From the NCBI GenBank assembly GCA_003554005.1, contig PWEU01000042.1:1-43605 (forward strand): a DNA stretch of 43,605 nt, written 5' to 3'. A program made the translations under genes and the position numbers. Positions within the stretch are counted from its first letter, which is position 1, and each line of letters starts with the position of its first letter. Positions 1 to 9,158 of the stretch are shown one piece after another. The notes beneath the pieces were generated by a model. That model searched no databases and was not told the origin of the DNA. It worked only from the letters and a program-made list of their open reading frames with translations. Source of the DNA: Nitriliruptoraceae bacterium. GTDB lineage: Bacteria; Actinomycetota; Nitriliruptoria; Nitriliruptorales; Nitriliruptoraceae.

Positions 1-18
1 AGCCACCGGCCGGACGCT

Positions 19-1680
19 TCAGCGGTCCGGCGGGAAGTCCGCACCCACCACGATCGTGATGTCCACGACCGACCCCGGCGTCGCCGCCAGCTCCAGCTCC
101 CCGACCCCCAAGCGCGCCTGGACGTCCCGGCCGACCGCCAGCTGCGCCTCGGAGCTGTCGTGCAGGACGATCCGGGTGGTCTCGTAGGTGAAACGGTCGG
201 CGTTGCCGGTGAGGATCACGCGGTACCCACCATCGGCCAGCCGTTCGGCCACCTGCTGGCCGACCCGTGGGACCCCGTTGCCGTTGAGGATCTGGACATC
301 GCGACCACCCGTGACCTCCCCGCCCGACCGGGCGGCTGCGAACCGGTCGGCGACCAGCTCGTTGGTCCGGTCGGCGTCCGGTCGGTAGCCGGCGTCGCGC
401 CCGCTCCCGAGCGGCGCCACGGGCAGGGTCCAGGTCGTCATGCGGTCGGCCTGTCGCGCGAGTGCGAGCTCGACGAGCACCACCTGGAGCAGCTCCGGGT
501 CGTCGGTCTCGATCGCCGCACGGCCGTCGCCGAGTTCCATAGCGAGCCACCGGTCCACCAGCGTCGGGTCCTCCGACACGGCGTCCAGGACCGCGCCCAG
601 GACCTGCTGGACCCGGGGCAGGGCATCCAGCTCGGCCTCCCCCTCGGCGGTCAGGGTCAGGTACTCCGCGGCGCGTTCGCCGTCGAGGACCTGGGCTCCG
701 GGCTCGAAACGCACGCGGCCATCGAGATCGACGAGCTGGGTCCGCACGGTGACCTCGACGCCGCCCAGGGTGTCCAGCAGCGCCGCCCAGCCGGACGTCG
801 AGATGGTCGCCGAGGCGTCGATGCGGATCCCGAGCAGGTTGGCGACGGTCACCGCGGTCAGGGGCGCACCACCCAGGGCGTGGGCTTCGCCGAGCGGGAA
901 GGTGCCGTGGCCGGGCACGTCCACGACCGTGGCGGTCGGAAGCAGCAGCGCGGTGCCCTCCCCGTCGAGGCGATCCTGTGCGAGCACCGCGATGCGCACC
1001 GCCGCCTCGTCGCCGCCCGGATCGGCCACGGCGCTCAGTTGCAGGGTCGGTTGCGCCTGGGCCACCTCACCGATCGGCTCGGGGACGCCCTCGTCGGCGC
1101 CGACCAGGTCCAGTGCCCGGTCCAGCCAACCCGATCCCACCAGCACCACCAGGACGGCCAGCAACGCCAATGCCAGCCCACCCAGCACCCGGCGGGACAA
1201 CGCCTGACGACGACGGCGCTCACTCACGCTGGCGCCTCGACCACGCACCGGCCGACGTCGCGACACTGGCCTCTGGCTGCTCTCCGAGCGCCGTCGGCGG
1301 GGCTGGTCGGGCCCCGGCGTACGGCCGGAGGACCCCGCGGCACCTCGGTCGTGCCCCTCGGCCGCCCGGTCGGGTGGCGGCGGGGCGGGAGCCGTCGACG
1401 ACGGCGGGGACGGGCCGGAGGGTGGCGGGCCGGAGGGGTACGGCGCGGACGACGACGGCGGGGACGGGCCGGAGGGTGGCGGGCCGGAGGGGGACGGCGC
1501 GGACGACGACGGCGGGGACGGGCCGGAGGGGGACGGCGCGGACGACGGCGGCGCGGACGACGGCGGCGCGGACGACGGCGGCGACGGGGTCACCGACGAC
1601 GCATCGCCATGACGGCGACGCCGGGCACGGTCGGCACGCCGCGGCCGCGGCGTGCCTTCCCCGGCGTGTCCGTCACCCAT
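19..1680 (-). CDS. LCP (LytR-CpsA-Psr) family membrane protein with a C-terminal LytR_C-like module and a Pro/Ser-rich N-terminal region
   Basis: Part of ORF 19..1857. I chose the ATG at 1680 because it overlaps the nadD stop as ATGGGTGA (8-nt overlap). One TM segment (LGGLALALLAVLVVLVGSG). LCP-like core (VVDVPGHGTFPLGEAHALGGAPLTAVTVANLLGIRIDASATIS...LGGVEV). LytR_C-like end (DVQILNGNGVPRVGQQVAERLADGGYRV...ITIVVGADF). A gene of this type after nadD is the usual actinobacterial arrangement. Confidence 0.75.
   Translation of the reverse strand: MGDGHAGEGTPRPRRADRARRRRHGDASSVTPSPPSSAPPSSAPPSSAPSPSGPSPPSSSAPSPSGPPPSGPSPPSSSAPYPSGPPPSGPSPPSSTAPAPPPPDRAAEGHDRGAAGSSGRTPGPDQPRRRRSESSQRPVSRRRPVRGRGASVSERRRRQALSRRVLGGLALALLAVLVVLVGSGWLDRALDLVGADEGVPEPIGEVAQAQPTLQLSAVADPGGDEAAVRIAVLAQDRLDGEGTALLLPTATVVDVPGHGTFPLGEAHALGGAPLTAVTVANLLGIRIDASATISTSGWAALLDTLGGVEVTVRTQLVDLDGRVRFEPGAQVLDGERAAEYLTLTAEGEAELDALPRVQQVLGAVLDAVSEDPTLVDRWLAMELGDGRAAIETDDPELLQVVLVELALARQADRMTTWTLPVAPLGSGRDAGYRPDADRTNELVADRFAAARSGGEVTGGRDVQILNGNGVPRVGQQVAERLADGGYRVILTGNADRFTYETTRIVLHDSSEAQLAVGRDVQARLGVGELELAATPGSVVDITIVVGADFPPDR
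1396..1585. repeat. In-frame tandem repeat: 54-bp units decaying to 39-bp and 15-bp units, encoding the Pro/Ser-rich N-terminus of the LCP protein
   Basis: Read directly. cgacgacggcggggacgggccggagggtggcgggccggagg(g/t)gtacggcgcgga occurs at 1396..1449 and 1450..1503. A shortened copy lies at 1504..1542, followed by cgacggcggcgcgga units. On the minus strand this encodes SAPSPSGP(P)PSGPSPPSS repeats. Confidence 0.85.
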
Positions 1681-2266
1681 CGTCGTTCCCGTACAGCCTG
1701 TGCGTGCGGACGTAGGCGTCCACGGGGAGCGGGACCAGGTAGCGGGTCGCCCGACCGGCAGCGAACCGCTCCCGCAGCTCGGTCGACGACACCTCGAGCT
1801 GCGGGATCTGCAGGTGGACGATCGCATCGGGCAGCGTCGCCGCGTCGGGCGCGGCATCCCCGGGCCGGGTCACCACCACGAAGGCCGCCAAGGCGAACGC
1901 CTCCTCCACACGCTCCCAGGTCGACAGCCCGGCGGCGGCGTCCTCGCCCAGGATGAAGAACCACCGCGTCTCCGGTGTCTCGGCCGTGAGCTCCGCGAGG
2001 GTGTCCGCGGTGTAGGTCGGCCCCGACCGATCGAGTTCCCGGGTGTCGATGGTCAGGTGCTCGTCGTCGGCTACGGCGGCCCGGACCATCGCGACCCGGT
2101 GCTCGGACGTCGAGGTCGTGGACTTCTGGTAGGGGTCGCCGGCCACCAGCAGGCGGACCTCGTCGAGCTCGAGCTCCACACGCGCGCACTCGGCCACGAC
2201 GAGGTGACCGAGGTGGGGCGGATCGAAGGTGCCCCCGAGGAGGCCGACGCGGCGTGTCATCGCCAC
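1673..2266 (-). CDS. nadD: Nicotinate-nucleotide adenylyltransferase
   Basis: GLLGGTFDPPHLGHL (HxGH nucleotidyltransferase motif), about 197 aa, in the conserved position upstream of the LCP gene. The start is either GTG 2266 or ATG 2260 (MTRRVGLLGG); neither has a clear SD. Confidence 0.92.
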   Translation of the reverse strand: MAMTRRVGLLGGTFDPPHLGHLVVAECARVELELDEVRLLVAGDPYQKSTTSTSEHRVAMVRAAVADDEHLTIDTRELDRSGPTYTADTLAELTAETPETRWFFILGEDAAAGLSTWERVEEAFALAAFVVVTRPGDAAPDAATLPDAIVHLQIPQLEVSSTELRERFAAGRATRYLVPLPVDAYVRTHRLYGNDDG

Positions 2267-2317
2267 AAGGCTAGCTGGCGCCGCCCCGGCGACGGCCGAC
2301 CGACGGGTCGATGACGG

Positions 2318-3724
2318 TCACCGTTCCCGGTGGCGGGCGATCAGATCGCGGTACCACCAGGCGCTGGCCTTGGGCGTGCGGACCTGCGTGTCGTAGTTCA
2401 CATGGACGAGCCCGAACCGGCGTGCGTACCCGAAGGACCACTCGAAGTTGTCCAGCAGCGACCACAGCAGGTATCCGCGGACGTCGACGCCGCGCTCGAT
2501 CGCTCGACCCACGGCGGCGAGGTGGTCGGCGAGGTAGTCGATGCGCGCGGTGTCCCGGACCCGGCCGTCCTCCACGCGATCGTCGAAGGCCGCACCGTTC
2601 TCGGTGATCAGCACCGGCACGTCGGGCACCCGGTGGTGGACGGCGAGCAGCAGGTCCTCGAGGCCGGTGGCGTCGATCGCCCACCCCATCGTGGTGGTGT
2701 CCCCCGGCGGCTGCAGGAACTCCACGTCCTCGCAGCCCACGAAGGGGGTCGCCGCGCTCTCGCCGTGGGCGTGAGACACCTCGCCGTCGCCGCTCCCCCG
2801 ACGACGGCGCACCAGGGTCGGCGTGTAGTAGTTGACCCCGAGCACCTCCACGGGGGCGTGGCAGAGCGACTCGTCACCATCACGCACGAAGGCCCAGTCG
2901 GTGACCGACCGCAGCCGCTCGAGGAGGGTCGGCGGATAGGCCCCGTCGAACAACGGCCCGAGGAAGATGCCGTTACCGACATCGTCGACCTGTTGGACAG
3001 CAGCCAGGTCGACCTCGTGGTCGGAGGCGGGCCGGACCTGGTGGAGGTTCAGTGCGATCGTGAGCTGCGCGCCGGTGGGCAGGACGCTGCGCAGCGCCTG
3101 GGACGCCAACCCGTGGGCGAGGTTGAGGTGGTGCGCGGCCGCCAGCGCCGCGGCCGGGTCGGTCCGGCCGGGTGCGTGGACCCCCGAGGCGTAACCGAGG
3201 AACGCCGAGCACCAGGGCTCGTTGAGCGTGCCCCACACCCCGATCCGGTCCCCGAGCACCTCGCCGACGATCGCGGCGTACTCGGCGAAGCGCTGGGCGG
3301 TGTCACGGTGCGGCCACCCACCGGCGTCCTCCAGCGCCTGGGGCAGGTCCCAGTGGTAGAGGGTCACGACCGGGGTGATGTCCCGCTCCAGGAGCCCCTC
3401 GACCAGCCGCTGGTAGTGGTCGAGGCCGGCATGGTTGACGGGTCCGCTCCCCGTCGGCTGTATCCGCGGCCAGGCGATCGAGAACCGGTAGGCGTCGACG
3501 CCGAGCTCCTGCAGCAGGTCGAGGTCCTCGGGCCACCGGTGGTAATGGTCGTCGGCCACGTCGCCCGTGTCCCCCGCCAGCACCCTTCCGGGGGTGTGGC
3601 TGAAGGTGTCCCAGATGGAGGGGCCGCGTCCACCTTCGGTCACCGCTCCCTCGATCTGGTAGGCGGCGGTCGCCGCCCCCCAGAGGAAGCCGTCCGGGAA
3701 CGCTGCGACATCGATCTCTGTCAT
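2318..3724 (-). CDS. GH1 family beta-glucosidase
   Basis: Start at [26 protein letters not shown] (ATG 3724..3722), inside the longer ORF 2318..4138. Acid/base motif TLNEPW and nucleophile motif ITENGAAF are present. 468 aa. Confidence 0.92.
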   Translation of the reverse strand: MTEIDVAAFPDGFLWGAATAAYQIEGAVTEGGRGPSIWDTFSHTPGRVLAGDTGDVADDHYHRWPEDLDLLQELGVDAYRFSIAWPRIQPTGSGPVNHAGLDHYQRLVEGLLERDITPVVTLYHWDLPQALEDAGGWPHRDTAQRFAEYAAIVGEVLGDRIGVWGTLNEPWCSAFLGYASGVHAPGRTDPAAALAAAHHLNLAHGLASQALRSVLPTGAQLTIALNLHQVRPASDHEVDLAAVQQVDDVGNGIFLGPLFDGAYPPTLLERLRSVTDWAFVRDGDESLCHAPVEVLGVNYYTPTLVRRRRGSGDGEVSHAHGESAATPFVGCEDVEFLQPPGDTTTMGWAIDATGLEDLLLAVHHRVPDVPVLITENGAAFDDRVEDGRVRDTARIDYLADHLAAVGRAIERGVDVRGYLLWSLLDNFEWSFGYARRFGLVHVNYDTQVRTPKASAWWYRDLIARHRER

Positions 3725-3983
3725 CCTGACCCCTGCTCGCCTCTTGACTCCTGCTCGCCTCGTGGTCCGATGAGGCCGGGCCCGCGGGCTCCGACCCCGC
3801 GACGGGCCGCGGCCGCGCCGACCCGCGCTGCTCCCGGACCGCCCGGACCCACTCTGCCACGCCGACCACGTCAGCCACGGCATCGTGCGACGGCACCTGT
3901 CCCACCTCGATGTCGGCGCGCTGGCTAGGGTCCGCACTGCGTGCGGCGGACCACGCCGCGGACCGGAGCAGGAGGAGACCCAG

Positions 3984-5348
3984 GTGGCGGAGTTGACCAA
4001 GATCGCGCTGGACGAGGCCGAGCTGCCGACCCACTGGTACAACATCGTGCCCGACCTGCCCACTTCGCCCCCTCCGCCGCTGCACCCCGGGACCCACGAG
4101 CCGATCGGCCCCGACGCGCTCGCCCCCCTGTTCCCCATGGGGTTGATCGAGCAGGAGGTCTCCGCCGAGCGCTACATCGAGATCCCCGAGGCGGTGCGGG
4201 AGGTCTACAAGCTGTGGCGACCGGCGCCGCTGTACCGGGCGCGCAACCTGGAGCGACTGCTCGACACCCCCGCACGGATCTACTTCAAGTACGAGGGCGT
4301 CTCACCAGCCGGCAGCCACAAGCCGAACACCGCCGTACCACAGGCCTACTACAACGCCGTGGAGGGTGTGCGGCGGCTGACCACGGAGACCGGAGCCGGC
4401 CAGTGGGGCTCGGCGCTGGCCTTCGCCACGGCCCAGTTCGGGTTGGGCTGCGAGGTGTGGCAGGTGGCCGCCTCCTTCACCCAGAAGCCCTACCGCGCCT
4501 CGATGATGCGGGTGTGGGGCGCGACGGTGCACTCCTCGCCCTCGGAGCTGACCGAAGCGGGACGGGCGATCCTCGCGGAGCACCCCGACTCGCCGGGCTC
4601 GCTGGGGATCGCCATCTCCGAAGCCGTCGAGGCTGCGATGGCCGACGAGGACACCAAGTACGCGCTGGGCAGCGTGCTCAACCACGTCCTGCTGCACCAG
4701 ACCGTGATCGGCGAGGAGGCGCTCAAGCAACTCGCCACGGTGGGCGAGGTGCCGGACCTGATCGTCGGCTGCACCGGCGGCGGATCGAACTTCGCCGGCC
4801 TGTTCTTCCCGTTCCTCAGGGAGAAGCTCGCCGGACGGATGGACCCGCACATCCTCGCCGTGGAGCCGGCGGCCTGCCCGTCGCTGACCAAGGGCGAGTA
4901 CCGCTACGACTTCGGTGACGTCGCTGGCATGACGCCGCTGATGAAGATGCACACCCTCGGACACGACTTCATCCCCGATCCGATCCACGCGGGTGGCCTG
5001 CGCTACCACGGCATGTCGCCGCTGTTGTCCCACATGTACGAGCTCGGGCTGTTCGAAGCCGAGGCGATCGACCAGACCCACTGCTTCGAGGCGGCGATCG
5101 CCTTCGCCCGCACCCAGGGCATCGTGCCCGCGCCGGAGCCGACCCACGCGATCGCGGCGGCGATCCGGGAGGCCGAGGCCTGCAAGGAGACCGGCGAGGA
5201 GAAGGTGATCCTCACCGCGCTCTGTGGGCACGGCCACTTCGACATGGCCGCCTACGACGCCTACCTGTCGGGCCAGCTGCAGGACCACGAGTACCCCGCC
5301 GAGGCCGTGGCCGAGGCCATGCGCCGGGTCCCCGTGATCGACGCCTGA
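3984..5348 (+). CDS. TrpB-like PLP-dependent enzyme (tryptophan synthase beta, TrpB2 type), stand-alone
   Basis: GTG at 3984 is preceded by GGAGGAG at 3971..3977. Motifs: [19 protein letters not shown] (PLP lysine) and [11 protein letters not shown]. There is no trpA or other trp gene in the window. Confidence 0.87.
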   Translation: MAELTKIALDEAELPTHWYNIVPDLPTSPPPPLHPGTHEPIGPDALAPLFPMGLIEQEVSAERYIEIPEAVREVYKLWRPAPLYRARNLERLLDTPARIYFKYEGVSPAGSHKPNTAVPQAYYNAVEGVRRLTTETGAGQWGSALAFATAQFGLGCEVWQVAASFTQKPYRASMMRVWGATVHSSPSELTEAGRAILAEHPDSPGSLGIAISEAVEAAMADEDTKYALGSVLNHVLLHQTVIGEEALKQLATVGEVPDLIVGCTGGGSNFAGLFFPFLREKLAGRMDPHILAVEPAACPSLTKGEYRYDFGDVAGMTPLMKMHTLGHDFIPDPIHAGGLRYHGMSPLLSHMYELGLFEAEAIDQTHCFEAAIAFARTQGIVPAPEPTHAIAAAIREAEACKETGEEKVILTALCGHGHFDMAAYDAYLSGQLQDHEYPAEAVAEAMRRVPVIDA

Positions 5349-5416
5349 ACTCTTGCTGAGCGAGCTGGTCAGGGATGCCTGGCCCCGGGCCCACGATTGG
5401 TCGCCCAGGAACGAGG

Positions 5417-5437
5417 CCGACGGTGCCCCACCGTCGG
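5417..5437. terminator. Hairpin between the convergent TrpB-like and dodecin genes
   Basis: ccgacggtg (5417..5425) / ccc / caccgtcgg (5429..5437): a 9-bp perfect inverted repeat, GC-rich, with no U tract. I have not computed the folding energy. Confidence 0.35.
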
Positions 5438-5490
5438 TGACGACCCCCTGACCGGGCCGGCCAGAGGGTCGTGTCAGCTTCGGTCGTCGG

Positions 5491-5697
5491 TCAGTTCTCG
5501 AGCTCGAACGTCACGAGCAGGTTGACCTGATAGTCGGCGACGGCGTCGTTCTGTATGGAGACGCGTTGCTCCTTCACCCATGCGGACTGCACGTTGCGGA
5601 GCGAACTCGTCGCACGCTCGATCCCGATACGGATCGCATCCTCGAAACTCTCTGTCGACTTCGCGGAGATCTCTGTCACGCGGGCAACAGCTCCCAT
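5491..5697 (-). CDS. Dodecin family flavin-binding protein
   Basis: 68-aa product MGAVARVTEISAKSTESFEDAIRIGIERATSSLRNVQSAWVKEQRVSIQNDAVADYQVNLLVTFELEN matches the dodecin pattern. ATG 5697..5695 is preceded by AGGAGGA (reverse complement of 5701..5707). The rest of ORF 5491..5856 is a spurious N-terminal extension. Confidence 0.8.
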   Translation of the reverse strand: MGAVARVTEISAKSTESFEDAIRIGIERATSSLRNVQSAWVKEQRVSIQNDAVADYQVNLLVTFELEN

Positions 5698-5957
5698 GGT
5701 TCCTCCTCGTAGCGGACGTCGAACGTGCCAGGGACGCCGGCAGGATGACAGTGGCCACTCGGACGACCCGGTGCGAATGGCCCCGGTTCCGCACGATCCC
5801 GACCGCCACCGCGGTCCGGTTCGAGCGCGACTGCCCGACCCTGGACGGCGGATCATCAGCGACCCGCGTCATCGCGCCAACAGACCCGCCCCGCTCCGGG
5901 GGTGGTGGGCGCGGGTCCGGGGGCGTACCCTCGGAGCAGACGACCTCAGGAGCCCCG

Positions 5958-6158
5958 ATGAACCTCGGCAAGCTGAAACGGCGCCTCATCGTGACCGGGC
6001 GAGACGAGACCGCAGCGGTGGTCCGGACCCGCGGTGACGAGGGCGAGTTCGAGGCGACCTCGCGTCGCACGCGCGCTGCGGAGGTGGCTGACGATGAGCT
6101 CCCGCCCCTGCGGGTGATCGACCGGCCCGACGACACGGGGTCCGCACCCAAGGACTGA
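5958..6158 (+). CDS. Small hypothetical protein (66 aa, charged)
   Basis: ATG 5958 is preceded by AGGAG at 5948..5952. Third-position GC is about 85% by manual count. The stop lies 6 nt before the start of the next ORF. I recognise no family. Confidence 0.4.
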   Translation: MNLGKLKRRLIVTGRDETAAVVRTRGDEGEFEATSRRTRAAEVADDELPPLRVIDRPDDTGSAPKD

Positions 6159-6164
6159 GCGGCG

Positions 6165-6890
6165 GTGCCGCCGTTCCTGGTGTTCTTCCTCCTCCTGGCG
6201 GTCGTCTTCGTCTTCCTCTGGATCGCCAGCAACGACGAGCGCGACCTGCCGTCAGGGGAACTGGATGACGCTGCGCTCGACGAGCCGATCATGGCCGTCA
6301 AGCGTGCCCACGTGCGGCTCTCACCCGACGGACGTGAGGCCACGCTCACGGGCCTGACCGCGGGGAGCCGGTACGCCGTCGACGCCCGGGCCAACTGCCC
6401 CCGTGGGTGCCCGATCCCCACACCGACCTGCCGCTGCGGGTTCTACGCGATGCGCTCCGACGTGGAGTCCCGTCGGCTCCCCAGCGAGGCGACCTGGGCG
6501 CGACGCGCCGAGCCGCTCAGCGTGCGCCTCGACGTGGAGCTGTCGGGTGTGGTGCTGGAGTACGAGCTGGGCTACCGCGCCGAACGGCAACGGGTCGTCG
6601 AGGTCGGTATCGCCGACCGCTGCGTGCCCTGCGCGGAGACGGGGGTCGATCGCCAGGCCGCAGGGCTCATCGCTCGCCCGCGCCGTATCGCGAGCCCCTT
6701 CAGCGGATCGGGGAACCCCTACGTGGGCGCCCCCAGCCTGCGTGACTGGCTGGAGCTGCGTTCGGCCTGCCTCGACCACTGGGAGAGCGCGCCTGGGCAG
6801 CCCGCCCTGGCTCTCGGCGACCTCGCCGAGCTCCTGGGCACCGTGGTCCGCTGGGAGGCCTCGGGGACCGCCGGTCCCGTCAGCCGCTGA
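6165..6890 (+). CDS. Hypothetical membrane-anchored Cys-rich protein
   Basis: GTG start 6165. N-terminal TM segment PPFLVFFLLLAVVFVFLWIAS. Cysteine clusters CPRGCPIPTPTCRCGFYAM and CVPCAETG look zinc-ribbon-like. Codon bias matches the genome. No family recognised. Confidence 0.6.
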   Translation: MPPFLVFFLLLAVVFVFLWIASNDERDLPSGELDDAALDEPIMAVKRAHVRLSPDGREATLTGLTAGSRYAVDARANCPRGCPIPTPTCRCGFYAMRSDVESRRLPSEATWARRAEPLSVRLDVELSGVVLEYELGYRAERQRVVEVGIADRCVPCAETGVDRQAAGLIARPRRIASPFSGSGNPYVGAPSLRDWLELRSACLDHWESAPGQPALALGDLAELLGTVVRWEASGTAGPVSR

Positions 6891-6906
6891 TCAGCGACGT
6901 CGCTGA
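6886..6906. terminator. Overlapping palindromes at the stop codon of the 6165..6890 gene, between convergent genes
   Basis: gctgatcagc (6886..6895) and tcagcgacgtcgctga (6891..6906) are perfect palindromes read directly. There is no U tract. Confidence 0.3.
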
Positions 6907-6956
6907 ACCCCGCCCTTGCGCACGGACGGGCACCGCGGACCGACCGCCGGGACGCC

Positions 6957-8282
6957 TCAGGTCCCGGCCCGCGCCGCGATGCGGGGATGGTCACGCAGGG
7001 TCCAGGAGGCCGCGGCCACCCCGATGAGACCGAGCAAGGCCCCTGGTCGGGCGCCGAGCACCAGTGCTGCCGCGATCCCGATCATCAGCGCGGCGCCGCC
7101 GAGCCAGGCCGAGCGGCGCCGGGTCGTGACGGGCACGTCGCGCCGGCGGCGTGACTCGAAGGCGACCACGCCCATCAGCACCGGTGCGACCATGACGATG
7201 CACAGCAGCACCCACCACACCCGTCCCCACCAGAACCCCGCTGCACCCGGCACGCCGGCATCGATCGGCGCCCCGAGCATCTCACCGAGCCACGCTGCAG
7301 GCAGCTCCGCGAGCTTGTGCCACAGGTAGAGGGGCATGCTCAACGCGCTGAGCACCGCCACCACCCCGCCGATCCGGCGCCCCTCGAGCAGGCGCCGGGC
7401 GGGACCCTCGAACAGGAGCACTCCGCCGACCTGGAGCCACATCACCCCGATCAACGCCAGCGTCGGAGGCAGCACGTTGGTCCCGCCGGCCAGGTCCCCG
7501 CCGACCATGGCAACCGGGTAACCGGAGGCGACACCGGCCAGCAACCAGACCCCACCGAGCAGGAGGAAACCCACCCCCGTTCTCGGCCCGCCGAACCTGC
7601 CGCGCCGCCACGCGATCCCGAGCTGCTGTGGCAGCAGCCACACCGTGATGAGGTTCGTCCACCCGATGTCGGGTCGCGAGGTGGTGACCTGCTCGCCGAG
7701 GGTCAGCAGCTCCGCCACCGATATCACCTGTCCCCGGAGCAGGTCGGCCGCCGCCGCGATCACGACCAGGCCGACCACGGCACCGAGCCCGAAGCGGTCG
7801 TCGGCCCGGGCGCTGAGGGGCAGCAGCGCCTGCACCGCCAGGAGCATCAACAGGAACCACAGGTGGACCGTCAGCGACTGATCGAGGGGGCCGATCAGCC
7901 GTGCTCCGGTGAAGACGGAGATCAGCACCAGGACCGACAGGACGGCGAGGTAGGTGACGGTCGGACGGGCGAGGCCCAGTGCCCGCCCCGCCCACCAGGA
8001 CAGCTGGCTCGAGCGCTCGCTCAGCCGGCGGGCGGCACCATCGGCGCTGACCGCGGCCGACACGAACACGAACAACGGCACGACCTGGAGGAACCAGGTC
8101 AGCACCCCGGCGGCGTCCCAGACCGTGAGCAGGTGCTCGGTGGCCACCATCCGCCCATCGACCAACCGCGGGAGGGTGGCGAGCCAGTGGCCGAACACCA
8201 CCACCAGCAGGGCCCCCGCCCGCAGGGCATCGGGGTACCGATCGCGGGGTGCCGGCTCCGGTGCGTCGCGCGGCCGCGTCAC
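6957..8282 (-). CDS. Acyltransferase family 3 (OafA-like) integral membrane protein
   Basis: N-terminal signature RDRYPDALRAGALLVVVFGHW, followed by about 10 hydrophobic segments. I chose the GTG at 8282 because it forms a GTGA overlap with the stop of the upstream exonuclease gene. Confidence 0.8.
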   Translation of the reverse strand: MTRPRDAPEPAPRDRYPDALRAGALLVVVFGHWLATLPRLVDGRMVATEHLLTVWDAAGVLTWFLQVVPLFVFVSAAVSADGAARRLSERSSQLSWWAGRALGLARPTVTYLAVLSVLVLISVFTGARLIGPLDQSLTVHLWFLLMLLAVQALLPLSARADDRFGLGAVVGLVVIAAAADLLRGQVISVAELLTLGEQVTTSRPDIGWTNLITVWLLPQQLGIAWRRGRFGGPRTGVGFLLLGGVWLLAGVASGYPVAMVGGDLAGGTNVLPPTLALIGVMWLQVGGVLLFEGPARRLLEGRRIGGVVAVLSALSMPLYLWHKLAELPAAWLGEMLGAPIDAGVPGAAGFWWGRVWWVLLCIVMVAPVLMGVVAFESRRRRDVPVTTRRRSAWLGGAALMIGIAAALVLGARPGALLGLIGVAAASWTLRDHPRIAARAGT

Positions 8283-9025
8283 CCGAGCCGCTCCAGACCC
8301 GGCCAGCTCTCGGTGACCGGCGGACGGTCTGCCCCGATGCGCTGGAGGTAGGCGTTGAAGCTGTCGCGCCACACCCCATGGGCCTGGATCTGGAGCTCGG
8401 TGAGCTCCGAGAGCTCCACCAAGGCCAGTTGCTGCGGGTAGGTCATCACCAGGCGGCGGGCGATCGCGCACGAGGCGACCGCGTCCGCCCGCGCGCTGTG
8501 GGCATCGTCGAGCACCACCCCGTAGACCTGGCAGGCGGTCTCCAGGGGGCGCTTGCCCCGCCGGTACCGGTCCACGTGTCGGTCGAGCACCAGCGGGTCG
8601 AGCAGCACACAGTCGGGGAGCTCCAGGGCAGGCTCGAGCCGGGCGAACTCCGCAGCGAGCAGAGGCCAGTCGTAGGTCGCGTTGTAGATCACCAGCGGCC
8701 AGCCGCTGGAGGCGATCTCCCGCAGGTGCCGGTGGACGACCGGCAGGACCTCGGTGGCCGGTGGCGCCGCCTCCTCGGTGAGACGCTCGCGGGTGATCCC
8801 GTGGACCGCTGACGCACCCGCGGGGATCTCCACCTCGGCGCCGGGGTCGACCAGCCCGGCGTACAGGTCCTCGATCCTGCCGCCGCCGTCGTCGACGATC
8901 AGGGCCAGCTCCACGATCCGCGCCGTGGACGGGTCGACCCCGGTGGTCTCCAGGTCCAGCGCCGCGAAGGGGCCGGTCGTCCAGTCGGGGCGGCCATCGA
9001 GCGGGTCCAGGGACAGCTGTGACAC
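8279..9025 (-). CDS. DEDDh-type 3'-5' exonuclease (DnaQ/epsilon-like)
   Basis: Exo I motif FAALDLETTGVD; later YNATYDWPLL and an H-x4-D-like SARADAVA region. GTG 9025 has GAGGAG about 9 nt upstream. Confidence 0.83.
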   Translation of the reverse strand: MSQLSLDPLDGRPDWTTGPFAALDLETTGVDPSTARIVELALIVDDGGGRIEDLYAGLVDPGAEVEIPAGASAVHGITRERLTEEAAPPATEVLPVVHRHLREIASSGWPLVIYNATYDWPLLAAEFARLEPALELPDCVLLDPLVLDRHVDRYRRGKRPLETACQVYGVVLDDAHSARADAVASCAIARRLVMTYPQQLALVELSELTELQIQAHGVWRDSFNAYLQRIGADRPPVTESWPGLERLG

Positions 9026-9158
9026 GGGCGTCGCTCCTCAGGTCCTGCGGACACCGGTGACCCTACGGGCCTGGACGTACCGTGACGACCACCGTCCACA
9101 GCAGCGGACCATAGGCTGCCGGTGAACGCCCGACCAGGGCCCGTCCGACGAGACCAAG

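Noticed and set aside
160-1956. 598-aa plus-strand ORF antisense to the LCP gene. Similar long antisense ORFs lie at 2330..3928, 10018..12513, 12269..15328, 17936..19636, 30247..31737, 35746..37629 and 38817..42572.
   Set aside because: Their translations are Arg/Gly/Pro/His-rich with no recognisable motifs. In each case the opposite strand encodes a protein with clear family signatures and the expected third-position GC bias. These are typical high-GC shadow ORFs.
3929-3952. Bulged hairpin 30 nt upstream of the TrpB-like start, considered as an attenuator
   Set aside because: There is no leader peptide with Trp codons, no alternative antiterminator pairing and no U tract.
3725-4138. 5' extension of the beta-glucosidase ORF, together with the similar extensions of the ORFs at 19..1857, 5491..5856, 10045..12390, 20425..21636 and 32494..33720
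   Set aside because: The extensions are Arg/Ser/Pro-rich junk that crosses intergenic regions or neighbouring genes. Internal starts with SD motifs reproduce canonical N-termini.
5698-5957. Possible FMN (RFN) riboswitch upstream of the flavin-binding dodecin gene
   Set aside because: I read the minus strand of the 260-nt region. It lacks the conserved RFN core strings (GGTGAAATTCC-like and AGTCCGGATG-like). A covariance-model scan would be the decisive check.
9026-9158. Possible yybP-ykoY manganese riboswitch upstream of the VIT1/CCC1 transporter
   Set aside because: There is no GGGGAGTAG-type conserved core, and the region is only 133 nt and is shared with a divergent gene.
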